From Bugula neritina (lineage: Eukaryota > Animalia > Bryozoa): DNA of 64,000 bases. The notes under the pieces were generated by a model. That model ran no database searches, had not been told where the DNA came from, and worked only from the letters and a program-made list of their open reading frames with translations. Positions 1-12,597 of the stretch are shown here, one piece after another. Location: contig OZ037765.1 in the NCBI GenBank assembly GCA_964035545.1, positions 29,945,504-30,009,503 of the forward strand, written 5' to 3'. Both the position numbers and the translations under genes were made by a program. The first letter of the stretch is position 1. The number at the start of each line of letters is the position of its first letter.

Positions 1-2
1 CC

Positions 3-80
3 AGTAGTCCAAGGAAGGCATGCCTGTCTTGTAAAGTGAAATATGGACTTACCGCCCCAAACTACTGCATGCATTGCTGA
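3..80 (+). CDS. Possible 3' end of a gene entering from the left; CxxC-x11-CxxC zinc-ribbon-like tail
   Basis: Frame 3 reads SSPRKACLSCKVKYGLTAPNYCMHC-TGA(78-80), GC-richer than the AT-rich UTR-like sequence that follows (AATAAA at ~417). Only 25 codons are visible. Confidence 0.3.
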   Translation, partial: SSPRKACLSCKVKYGLTAPNYCMHC

Positions 81-1237
81 TTCAAGGCTATTAGTAGACA
101 CAGCAAATATATTATAGTGCATTAATTTTTAAAAATTCATCACAAGAGCAGCATTTCCTCTTTATTTATAACATACTCTTAATACTTATTGAAACCCGCC
201 TACAATATTACTGGTTTTTATAACATGAATTATTAATATTTATTTATGTTTTTATATTGTGACATTGATTATTATGTACTGGATATTCAAATCAGGTAGG
301 TACTTAGCAAGTTTTATCAAATTTCAGTGACAATACAGCGAAATAGTACATTAGCTGCATTTTTAAGTTAAAGTCAGCTTTATAAAATTTTGTATTACAA
401 GTTGTACATTGAAATCAATAAAAGCTGTGGGAGTAAACAGAAATTGCATTTATCATTACTGTTTGATGTCTGTATAGAATCCTACAATGCACATGCATAT
501 CATATAATTATTGCTCTCATCTGTTGCTTGGGTTCTTGAATTCAGAACAAGGACAGAATTATGCCTGCACGTGGCGTGTCTAGCTATTATGTTGCAGTTA
601 GTAATTAAAATTTTATTTCTAACATATTATACGCATATTAAATATAATGTAACATATTTTCAACATGATGATATATAATTTTTGACACAACACATGCCAT
701 GATAAAATAAGACTGTAATGATGATGCAAATGTGACGATAGGATTTGATGAAAATGTATTTATTTCTCACATAATCATACTCTCACAAAGTTGAAAATTC
801 TATTATGAATAAAGTAAAATAAAAGCAACCCAATATTAAAATCACGACACAAACATGGTTAAGTGAGAATAATAGATTATGCCTTAATGATAAGTAATGT
901 AATTGTAAATATACTATACCTTTACCATCGAAATCATAAAAAACTTCTTGGAAAACAAACATGGCAAAATAATTGCCTTTGTCAACAATTACGGAACACT
1001 AGGTGAGTAGATATATTAAGTATAACATTTAAATATATAATTTAGCAAAATACAAAATTTAAATTAAGTACACTACAGTGGAATTTGCATAGGAGTTTGT
1101 ACAAAATGAGTATTGGACATAATTAATATACGAAACCGTCATTTTTCACAACTAATTTATATTTCAAAACAGACAACCGTTAGTAACTATTAATCTACCG
1201 TAAAACGTATCTTGGGCAACTCCAGTAAAAGGAGTTA

Positions 1238-4200
1238 TTATTCCACTTTAACAGAAACCCTGTGCCAGGAATTGTTCAACAAGCCCCGCAGATTCCAGAT
1301 ACCTTCTATTCGTTCTGGCTGTACGTTGTGGGAACTGTCTACAGCCTTGCATACCAAGTCTAATTTCTTCTTATTCTTAGGGATGGGTACTGTGGCCTCC
1401 CAGAGTGTCCACGCCCAGGACTTGTAAGGACTCTGGCCTACAGCAAACCTGACACTTACACAAGGAACATCACACATAATAAAGTGGGAATAATTCATGA
1501 TTATTACAGAAACTGTCGTCCCATTAACTTTCAAAATCAAGTTGGTTTGTAATAATTTAAGAGAGAAGAGAGAGAAAATATCATTATAAAAATTGAGCCT
1601 CTCATAAAAGCCTTCATACCATTATTATCAAGATCTGCATTTAGCCAAGTTTCCCCGCCATCTAATGACAGGTCAACACGGGCAATGCCTCTACCGCCCC
1701 CACTGAATGCATATCCTCTCACTGTTACATAGCCATCATCTGCACTAACAGAACTGCTAGCTGACGGCTCAGATATGACAGACTGTACTGGTGTTTCCTG
1801 TACAGCATACGCCGTGTCTGCAACATTCACATACGATGACTGGTCAAACACAGCAGCAAACTTACGACACAAACACATTCTTACAAGATGATGAGATTCC
1901 ATTCCCAGCATATTTCTGCATGTGTAATTTCTAGTGGTTTGTCTCATTCTCTTACACAATAGCCTTTGCTCTTGAATAAAAAGCCCTTTTTATAAAAAAA
2001 AACTAAAGTTTGGCTGTCCCTCAGGCTCTGAGAATGAATAACTTTTGTAACTGAAGTGAAAAAATAACGGCTTTAAACCAACCGAAGTCGCAGGTATTGA
2101 AGTCGACGCTAGGGTTGAAACACTTGTAGTCCTTCCTCTGCCAGTGACTGTGAGATTCCTCGTCACTCAGCACTATTTTCTTCAACCACTTCACGTTCCG
2201 AGCACCGACAACTCCCGGTATTATGAGTCGCAGCGGAAACCCATGATCAGCCGGCACTGGTTCGCCTGCATCACACACAGGAAATACCTGGCTTATTAAA
2301 CATACTAGATGTTTAGGCTGTCTAAGATGGCTTATTGAACACGTTAGCATAACACTATTGTACATGTTTAAATGTATACTTTGAAGCAAGGTGAGTAGAC
2401 CCTTCATGGTATTACCTCAGAAATGTGGGCTATCTAAGATCACAATGCTGAACTTCATACAATAACAGATATACCAATTAGAGTACCATGTAGGGTTTTC
2501 AAAATTGACAAAATTTAACAATTCCATGATTTGCAGTACTTTATAATAATTTAATATAATAAACAGTTTGATCGAAGTGTGGTTATTCGAATTAGTCTCA
2601 CTCTCCATGATGACTTTAGAGAGTGGAAGCCACAACAAAATAGTTTGTTTTCTTTCGAGTTGAACTAAAAAACAGCACAACTTTTTCTCATGTCATTAAT
2701 GAATTGTTTAGAAATGAGAAGAAAACTAACAGCCTGTGTTACAAACACTTCTAACCAAACAGTATCAACTTTTACTTTCAATAATAACTAACCATTCATT
2801 TCATAGGCAACCATAATGCATTGATTTGGATCTAAAGCTTTCTCCATAGCAATGGATGAGCCATAGGGGGTTCCAGTTGGGTCAACATCCAACCCTTCAA
2901 ACTGAATGTACTTCTTGTTGAAGTCTTCATCTTTGAAACCCATAGCTTTGAGTACGTCGGTGAGCCGAGCCCCTGCAAACAATGAATGAACCTGAAAGGC
3001 AGTGTGGCATGCGTAAGCAGGCTGTCAAAAATAGGGGCAAAAATAGTAGATGTAATAACTGTGACAGGCAGTGAAAAGCTGTCAGTTTTGACAGGTTGTG
3101 GCGGGTTTTGACAACCTGTGGCAAGCTGTCGAACAGTAAAAAAAGTTATGAGAATCTCTATGAAAAACAACTGATATGTTTTAAGCATTTAACCTTTTGT
3201 GAAACTCGCAATCAATAAAGTTAATAAATGAGTAAAACAAATATTTTAAATACCTGACCATACCAGTTGATGGGGAATGTTAGGTGGGAACTTGTATTAG
3301 AGAATCAATGATAATCCAAAACTCATGACCTAATTTGACGCTACCTGTCTGTCTTCCAATTTCAGCTTTTAACCAACCATCATTTGCAGATGCTTTGGCT
3401 AAGCCAAACACACTCCAGCCCCCTACTCTCTTATATGAGAGGTACAGCTTCAACATAGAGTAGTATTACACCCCATATCATACAGATAGTAATGATTACC
3501 AGTCCATTTGGCGGTGCTGATTGATCCACAGTTCCAAGACAAGCCTTTGACTTCCTTGACTTGAGACATTTCCTTCCTCCTGTTACCAGCGCATTGCATC
3601 GTGGCATCCATCTCAAACTTGGGGAGGCGCTTGATATCAGACAGTGTCAGGGACTTAACATGCTTTGGTTTTGTGTCTAAAGTGAATATTTTCAGTAAGA
3701 AGTAAAAAAATGTCATAAAGTATTTAGCGGATAATGGAATACCAATCATGATAACACTACACAGTCTACTCACTCTACAGTAAGAGCAGACGTAATGCTT
3801 TTCTATGTTCAGTTTTTAAAAGATAAGCGAAATCCATTACCTCCATTACCAATTGACATGAAAGAGATAACTAAAAAGTTGCATAATATAAATAAACTGT
3901 TACTTCGAAGCATTTACTACTGGCAATGCTGGGCCTGGCCCAGGACAATGTGTACCCAAAATGATATGTAAAAAAATTCCAGTTTGAAGCGGAATTAATC
4001 TCGAGGGTCAATGAACTTTGTAATATCTACTTGTACCAGCCTATAATTGAGAAACGCAATATTTGTAAAATGTTAGTGGAAGTCATAGTGTTGGAATCTA
4101 ATACCACGCTAGTTGTTGGAAGCAAATTGCAGCCATAACATTGCAATCATCAAAACAAAGCATGACATCACGTCAACAAAGGTGATGTTTTTGTGATCTT

Positions 4201-7200
4201 TTTGAGCAGCTACACACTTGTCTAAGTTGTGTTCCTATACACAGTTAATATTTTGCGAGTGTCTACTGTTCTTTCATTTTACTACTTTAAATTGTAGGAA
4301 CGTGCTATTCGCAACACATTTGATTAGTTTTTTTTAAATGAACATTTATGGTACCCATAGATATATTGGGTTGTGGATTTTAAGTTTGCAAAAGGTTGCA
4401 CTTGCATTAAAACAACTGTAAGTCAATGTTACAATTTTACTTGCAAATATATGCTCTGAATAAAATGTACTGCCACAAGCCACCATAAATAATGACACAC
4501 AAAGTACTGTATATGCCATACTACATGCCCCAGGCAGCTTTAGCCATGCATCACCAACATGCTGTATTCAACAGTATTTAATAAACTGTATTCAAACTGT
4601 TAAAATAATTTTATGCCATTGACAAAGACAAATGATAAAAATAATAGATAAACAAATGATTATTTAAGCAGTTCTAATATCCACTTGGACTCTCAAGGCA
4701 TAAGAGGAAGTGGTCCTTATAAAAAAGTCTGAGGTTGGATTTCCTGCATTACTTTGCATTATTGTTATTCTCATTTCCTGTAAAAGGAACCACAGTAAGA
4801 AAATAGGATAAACCAACCTTGCTTGTCAAACACACTGGCCTCAAGCTGATAGGTTTTCAACATTTTGTCATCAACCACAGGAACTGGGAGATGGTTTCTA
4901 ACAAAGAAGAGAGAGTTGGGTGTTAGGAAGCTATCAGCCAACAGCGCCAAGGGTGGCTCAGCATTGAAGGGCTTCTCGGAGTTGACAGTGAGAGCCATGC
5001 TCCTTTCCGGATCATTCTTATAGGCATCCTCAATCTTTATCGGCTTTGTGTCATATATGTTGCCTATTCTCAAACTCTAAAACAACAGCCACTTGTTTGC
5101 TTGTGTCGTATACAAATCATATGGGATGGCAATTGTTGGCAATTTGAGCAGGTTGAATGGATGAAGTAAGGTTACTAGTGGAAATGTGGATTGTAACAGT
5201 TGAGGAATATAGAACAGTTAAGAGTGTACTTCAATAAGGTGACTGGAATATCATGTTATCTCAATTAACAAAATCAAATTCAAAACTATTGTTTTAAAAG
5301 TAAAAGAGAAATAGATTTAATTTAAAAAACAACTGCAATTAGTATCATTAAAATAACTATTTTAAATGACCTACCAAGTCATGATAATTTTAAATGAAAT
5401 TCTACTATGTAACTACAGCAACCACTTTGGGCAGCTTTATAACTTCTACCACCATTACTCACCCAGGAGTAGGGATAATGGGAGAGGGAGACTGTGTTAC
5501 AAAACATGTTAGGATCTAGGATCATATCTGTATATATAACAGATATTATGTAGTATTGAATGCTTAAGTAATCTGTAACAGTGAGGCTACACCATTGAAC
5601 TATAATAGGTTATAGTTTCATTTCAGTGGGCCACACATTCTAAGTACAGATAGACAGTAGATATGGACAGTATATATGCTAAACATATGTATACCAAAAG
5701 AAAGCTAGAACACATTTAGACAGAAATCCCTTGACCAATAGACAGTAACAACAAATACCAGCTGGGTTATGTCACTCTCTCACCTTTCTTCACTATGCTT
5801 TACTCTCCCCAGTGTAAACATGTCCAAGTGAGATTCTTAATAATAAAAATATGCATTGTGGAGATACTTACAGACCACCCGTACATGCTTGTATTTCACA
5901 CGTAGAAACCCCTGCCATAACATGAAAGCCACGTAACTCAAGAAGCAACCAAAGAAACATGGTGAAGAATAGAAGTGCCATAAAACTTAAGTTAATTTCT
6001 TCAACCAAAACCATTGTTAGCCAATAAAACTAGTTTAGTACATATTACAGTCAGTTAAATCCATTACTTGGTAAAGCAGAGGTGACAAATGCTAAATAAA
6101 TTTTTACTCAAAATAAGTAAAGTTTTGCTAATCAAAATGCTATCAGATGAAATAGCACTATGTTATTATAGTATTCCTGCACCTTTGAACCTGTTTTATA
6201 CATTTCTTGCTAATTGTGTCAGACACACATTTTTAAAATAAGTTGTATTACATATTACATAAACTAGCGCAATGACCAAGTGTGCACTAGATTATTGCGG
6301 CTTAACTACCAGCAGAAAAAACACATTTTGGTAATAATCGCACTGTGCTACTTGAACATAGACCTAGACCCTTTGAAAAACCCTTACCATATTGGGTTAT
6401 AACAGTGGCGGACTCTAACCAAATGTGAGTGAGTTTTGTACTCAAGCTATATTTTGCTAGGCATCTTAATGTTAAAAAGACTCAAGATTTAGTACAACAA
6501 TATTTAACTAAATATGTGGTGAATAATCAAAGATATTTGTTAATTAAGTAGGATAAGCAGCAAAGTAATTAAAAAGTTGCATAGTCTATGACAGACACAC
6601 TGTGACAGAAAATGTAAACACAGCCAAAATTCTTACTTCTACTATCTCCATAACCTCTTTAGTCTTGTGTATTCCATAAAGCTCAAAGAAAGGTTCCAGT
6701 GATTTTCCTGCTGCAAGGAATATTTTATCACCACCAGGATGTGATGCGACAAAATCAGTGACATCATAAACACCGTTCTTATATGTAACCTTTAATGAAC
6801 AAAACAACAACGTATTATTAAAGTGGCTTTTAACCGAATTTAATGATCAATTAAGTTCTATGACATTTATAATATCTCACCCAGATTCTACTTTTCAGAC
6901 TGTTGTGCTTGCGAACATCTTCTGTAGTGTAAGTTGGCAGTTTATCTACTGGAGATCCGGGAGTTCTTTTTTGTTTGCAGTGTGCTACTTCTGGCTTGCT
7001 TACACACCAAGTAACGAATGCAACACCGGCTGCTAATATCCCAGTAGCACTTGCAAATGCAGCATAGTTGATAGATTTTCTACTTTGATTAGAGCTTTCG
7101 CCTTCAAAACCTGAGTTTGTGGACAAACATCGGACAGAGGATGACAGACTTGTAGGTTTCAGAGTATTTAGAACACTTGTTTTTGGTAATGTGAAACCTT

Positions 7201-7258
7201 TCTTTGGTAAAAGACAAACGTGGAGCGTTTGAAGAGAACGGGATAAATTTCTGTACAT
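1238..7258 (-). CDS. SUOX: Sulfite oxidase, mitochondrial (~575 aa, 8 coding exons)
   Basis: Exons 7258-6881, 6789-6637, 5076-4818, 3676-3500, 2972-2793, 2265-2083, 1817-1620, 1437-1238; all GT-AG, phases consistent. Basic/Ser-rich presequence plus hydrophobic stop-transfer segment, cytochrome b5 ([22 protein letters not shown]), Moco domain ([35 protein letters not shown]), dimerisation domain ([36 protein letters not shown]). Confidence 0.97.
6330..6435 (+). mobile_element. Tentative diverged 3' fragment of the tRNA-SINE family
   Basis: ctgtgctacttgaaca...aaaaacccttacca...gactctaaccaaatgtgagtgagt resembles the 3' half of the copies at 20986 and 55474; no tRNA head seen. Confidence 0.3.
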
Positions 7259-7949
7259 ATTTCCTGCAAGAAGAAAATAAAACTGTGAGTTCTAATTGAA
7301 ATCAAAGTTTCAGAGAGGATAAGGCTTATTAAAATGAATGATAACTACACTAACTAAAAAACAAATAATCACATTGATTGTGATTACAATTGACAATGCT
7401 TATTATTCATTGATATTTTTATACCTTATTAGTCACTTAACTATTATTTATTAAATTTACTATAATTATTACCATAGCTAAGATGATAGAACACCTGATG
7501 AACTTATTCTTTAAGTTTATTATCAAAATAATAGTTTGTTTAAAATTAATAACTTCAAGTTTGTCACTACAATAATAAAAAACAATTATATTAATAATAA
7601 ATATTCTCAGCATAAACATGAACTATTTTTCATCACCTCAACAGTCTCTTGTCAGTGTCATTTGATAAGTATCGAGTTTTAGAGAATTTTTTAAATTAAA
7701 AGTAAGTCAAACAGTAACTCTAAGTTAAGTCTACAGTAAAACTAACAGTAAATGTAATTAGTGATAGTGATACTACTACTAGCCCTAGGAGTAGGAGCAA
7801 CTTCAACTTGAACTTGAAGTTTAACTTTAAAGTCTAAGTCTTAAAACTTAAAAGTAAGTGATAAGTCTAAACTGCAAACTCAAACTGTAAAGTCAAACAA
7901 TAAAATTCAAGTCTTGCACAGTCAGTATAAATAAAACCAGCTGCAAAAG

Positions 7950-8330
7950 CTGTTTAACGGTGCAATAACTATAAGTAAATGAATAACTTCACTGCCTAAT
8001 CTTCATAATTATTATTACCATGTAATGGTATACTATGCAGAAGTGTTATACTTATTGACTGGGCTCCAGGCCTCAAGGGGTTAAAGGGCGATAACGAAGG
8101 AAAAATTTTCCTTGATTAGATTATTGCAACTTGATACACTATAATATTGTAATAAAAATTATGTTTATTTATTGTTTTTGAAAAATAAAAATACAATTGC
8201 AGTTCATCAACAAAACTTTGCAAGCTATGTGTTCGAGTTGGTGTAATAACATCTTTGAATAATTTCATTTCCGTAATAGATGGCTGAAAGTAAAATTTTC
8301 TCCATTCATTGACAATCACTATCAGTATGA
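7950..8330. promoter_or_regulatory. Probable bidirectional promoter region for SUOX / LSM4
   Basis: Head-to-head genes; more complex sequence (ETS-like ATTTCCG at ~8267) flanked on both sides by low-complexity zones. TSSs cannot be fixed from sequence. Confidence 0.4.
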
Positions 8331-10041
8331 GTATCACAATGACAAAGACATTGACAATCTATTAAAACCACAATCATGTGATTTAACTTTGAAAATTGCA
8401 AACTACAATGAGTAGTGGTGTAGCTTGTGTGCTATTCTAAAGTGACAGTAGTTTCAAACTCATGCATAGTTGCTAATTTTCCTAGAACTAAGAATATAAT
8501 ATTAATAATTTAAATTATAACAATTAACAAGGTCAAAAGCTTTGAGTTTGAGATTAAACTTTGAGTTTAACTTTAAGTTTTAGTTTAACATAAAGTGTGA
8601 TAAGCATTCAATTTAGTTTTACTATAACAATTACTATTAGTATTTAAGCCAAGGACTCACTCTCAGTAGTAACAGAGTACGAATCTGACGCATCACACAG
8701 TGACAGTCGGTGTCACAGTGAGTGTGACACTGACAGTGTGATTACTGATTCTGATACTCAGTAATAGTAATCATTATTATGATTTATATTAATTATGATT
8801 ATGTTTAACTTCGAATTCAATGATAATATTATTAATCATAATCATAATGATGATAAATAATGATTATCATTATCCTTCATCAGGTAATGTTATCATTTAT
8901 CAGGATTGTGATAATGATTTAATTACATAGTATTACTATTAATAATATTAATCATCATAATATTAATAATAATGATATCCTAATCATAAATGATCTTCAT
9001 ACTCATACTAACACTGAAGGACCAACCTAAAGTTAAACTAAAAGTAAAACTGCAACACCTGATTTTACTGTAACTATAAGTATGAGCCTTGATTATGAGC
9101 ACCAGTATTATGAATATATTTATATTAGTTATATATTTATAATAAGAGAGTATAGTATTTATTGTTGAAGAAAATAACCTAAATTATCATAGGCAAGTTG
9201 AAGATGGGTTATCTAGTTCTACTATCCATTAAGATTATGATTATTATTTCTAGAATGTAATAAAAGCTTTCAAAAGTTTAACTTTAAGCAAAGGAGTAAC
9301 ATTTACACTAACAATAGCAGTAGTTGTGATACCAACTATAAGTGTAGCGTTGCATCAACACCAGCAGTATTCAGTGATGCAATTATATTCGTAATTTATT
9401 ATTTGTGGTTACATCATTATGGTGGTGATTACATTCAACATTCATGGTCAAAAGCTGGCAGTCATATCGTAGTCGTAATTCCACTGGTAGAAATAAATTA
9501 TATTTATCATTATGATTAAGAACTGATCGCCACCATTATTTTTGTAGTTATGGTCATTATAATTTATAAAATTTTATAATATAAATGTCAACATGAATAT
9601 AATTTTATACTTTAAATATTAATATAAATACCACCATTTTATCATCACTGTAATCACAATTTTAATGTTTCATCAAGATTGTTACTAAAATTATAATCAT
9701 TTTAGTTAAATTTAAGATTGCTGTTCAATCTATATAGTTTGTTCTTACTACTCTTATTATTACCTTGAAGTGTTTTAGTATTAGTAGTTACTTTTATTAA
9801 GAAATATACTGAAACAACTCAAATTAGTATAATATACATACTGAATGTTGCATAAAACTGATATTTTCAATGAAATAAACTATGCTTTCTTGCAATACCT
9901 GTCAACTTTATATTTATCTGACATGAAGTGTAATTTTTTATTTTTGGTATTTTAAAACTTATTGATTGTTCAGGAATTTTGTTGCAGATTCTAAGCAGTT
10001 TGCTTATTGATAGATGAGTGTGAATTTAGTCTCCTGCAGTT

Positions 10042-11930
10042 ATGGTATGTTACCAAAGTCCTCCAATTTGTAAATTTTGAGCTTATATGCTCGGTACAAG
10101 CAGTATCATAATTCAATATTATATAACTGCGTTCTATGCATGAAAGTACAATATGATCTGCTATTGATAGATGAAGAAATAGTCATAGTAAGACTCTTTC
10201 AAGTTTGGATCACCAATTTCGTTTATTCAGATTAATTTTTGCATATTACACATTACCATTATACTTAATCAGACATGACACATTAACTGTTTGAAAACTG
10301 ACAATACTGATGTTACTCATACTTTTATAAATAATAGGGAATAAGGTTCTTCTACAGGGCTCTATGTTTTACATATGAAAGACTAGTTTTGAAATAGTGG
10401 TAAAATTAGATGTATCTTTTATAATTTATGAAATTGATGTTTTAATGAAATGTTATACTTTCAATGTATTTTAATAATTTTTAGTTGCCATTATCTCTAC
10501 TACGAACAGCTGTTAATCACCCTATGGTAAGCAGTTCATTATGCACATAATTGTAGTAATTATGTATAATAATTTCTAAATGTTTCAATTACTATTTACA
10601 AAGTATTTCTTCTCAGCCTTTATGAAAAATTTATGGCGACATTAATTAAACACATGTTCTTAAAAAAATGTATTATATTATGTTAATTTGCAGCCTTACA
10701 GTTCCTTCATAGGTTAAAAATAATCAGATCTTAGTTTAACAGAAAAGTTCAAGTTGCAAATGCCAATGTTTAATGTTACAATATTACTCTCAATATTTTA
10801 TCTTTTTAGCTTGTTGAATTAAAGAATGGCGAAACCTATAATGGACACTTGGTTAATTGTGATAATTGGATGAACATAAACCTCAGAGAAGTTATCTGCA
10901 CATCAAGGGTACAATGATAGACTTATAAGTACTAGTAATAATATTTTAAGCAGTTAATTGGTGAGAAAGGAATGTTAAATGCAATAATATATATTTGCAT
11001 TTAACATTTCATTTGCATGGTTTCAGTTATTATGGTCACCTTTCACCGCCGTGGTCCTGCGCGGGTGGCGGGTATGGTTTCAGCTATTATGACTTGCATT
11101 AATTTGAAAACCATGATTCGTAGAATGGCTGATGGTTTTGCAGTATTTCTTGGATAATTTGTTGAAAATCAATTGTAAAATGGAGGCATATTGTGAAAGA
11201 TATTGAATTATACGAATTCATGTGAATCAAATTTCTATATTCAACAGAAGTCTCTGGAATGTTCGTATTTTTACAGGAAGGAGATAAGTTTTGGAAAATG
11301 CCGGAATGTTATATTCGAGGTAGCACTATAAAATATCTCCGTATACCAGATGAAATAATAGATATGGTAAAAGAAGAAGCACAAAGGCCACGAGGGGATG
11401 GTCGTGGCAGAGGTCGAGGTGGCAGAGGTGGTGGTAGAGGTGAGATTTGTTTAAACAATAGTTTGTATAATAGTCACCTTTAATCAATTGATTTGAAACA
11501 AGGTAGTGGTAGCTCAAACAATATCTGCAAGACATGGATGTTTTGGGGTTAGATGCTTTTGCTAATGCTCACCAAAAGGTCAGCTTGATGACTTGTTACA
11601 CATGCATCTCTGGTAAACAACTATTCTTCAGAAATGAGTTTTGCGGGCTGGAGAAATGCACTACACTAACTTCCTGTGTTTTGACATTTATCTGAAGAGA
11701 CCCATACATTTTAATATGTTTAGTTTCAATTCACCAGCTCGACATACATTGCATTGGAAAATTGTTTTGAGATTTGTCGTCTGTTATGTTTACACCATTA
11801 TATACAATGTATATTCTATTGACTTTGTCACTGTTTAGGAACCTTTGGTGGACGAGGTGGTGGCAGAGGTGGAGGTCGTGGTGGGCCTGGAGGTGGACAA
11901 CGTGGTGGTAGAGGCAGAGGAAACAATTAA
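10042..11930 (+). CDS. LSM4: U6 snRNA-associated Sm-like protein LSm4 (~132 aa, 5 coding exons)
   Basis: Exons 10042-10044 (ATG|gtatgt), 10485-10526, 10810-10908, 11277-11439, 11839-11930: [76 protein letters not shown] followed by an RGG tail. Confidence 0.97.
11035..11073 (-). mobile_element. 39-bp extreme 3' fragment of an RTE-like LINE with 18-bp TSD, in LSM4 intron 3
   Basis: GC-rich insert flanked by atggtttcagYtattatg (11017-11034, 11074-11091); its reverse complement matches the 3' end of the RTE fragment at 26454 at 25/33 nt, including the GTGAAAGGTG tail. Confidence 0.7.
11527..11668 (+). ncRNA. Candidate intronic H/ACA-like snoRNA in LSM4 intron 4
   Basis: Two hairpins (gcaagacat/atgacttgt with upper ttttgg/ccaaaa; tgcatctct/agaaatgca), ACA at 11663-11665 two nt after stem 2. 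The hinge tACACA is not a perfect ANANNA H box. Confidence 0.3.
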
Positions 11931-12597
11931 CTTCTTTTATTTTATACATGTATATAGACTTTGTAGAAGAAAACCTTTGTAATTTACTATGTAAATATTC
12001 AATATACTGCAAGCTATTCTACATACAATAACTAAAACTATATAATCTTTGAAAAAATTGCAAATAAATATACAAATACACTAAACTCAATTATTCCTGA
12101 ATAAAAAAATAGCAAACAAGTTCACACATGTATCTATGTACAGTCTAGTAGTAGCTGCTTTATTCATCCTCTAAATAAGATTTTGAATAACTGTGCATCT
12201 CATCATCTGCTTGACCAACTAGAATATAAATAAATAAGAAACAGAAATTATATACACTTTGCTTAAATATTAAAGTTTCATAAACAATTTAGAAATATTA
12301 AGACTATCAAAGTATATAAACGCTTGTCTTGTATTTGTATTGATAATTGGTGTAGACTTATGAAAAAATGCTAAATTTCAAGTTACCAAAGTTCTGCTGT
12401 GCAAAACCACAATCACATTTTCTATTGGTAAGTTTTTTTAATTCGGATGTGCTTTCCATCTACTTAAATAATTTCCCCATTAGTTACATAAACAATACAT
12501 TAAAAGAACAACAGATATAATATGTCAACAAACAATTTTGTAAGTGCCTGAAATATATATATATATATATGTGCGTGTGTTTAAGAAATAACGATAT

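Noticed and set aside
8060-8100. aaggggTTAA piggyBac-like terminus (also ttaaccctt at ~50223)
   Set aside because: No matching opposite TIR or internal sequence found; short enough to be chance.
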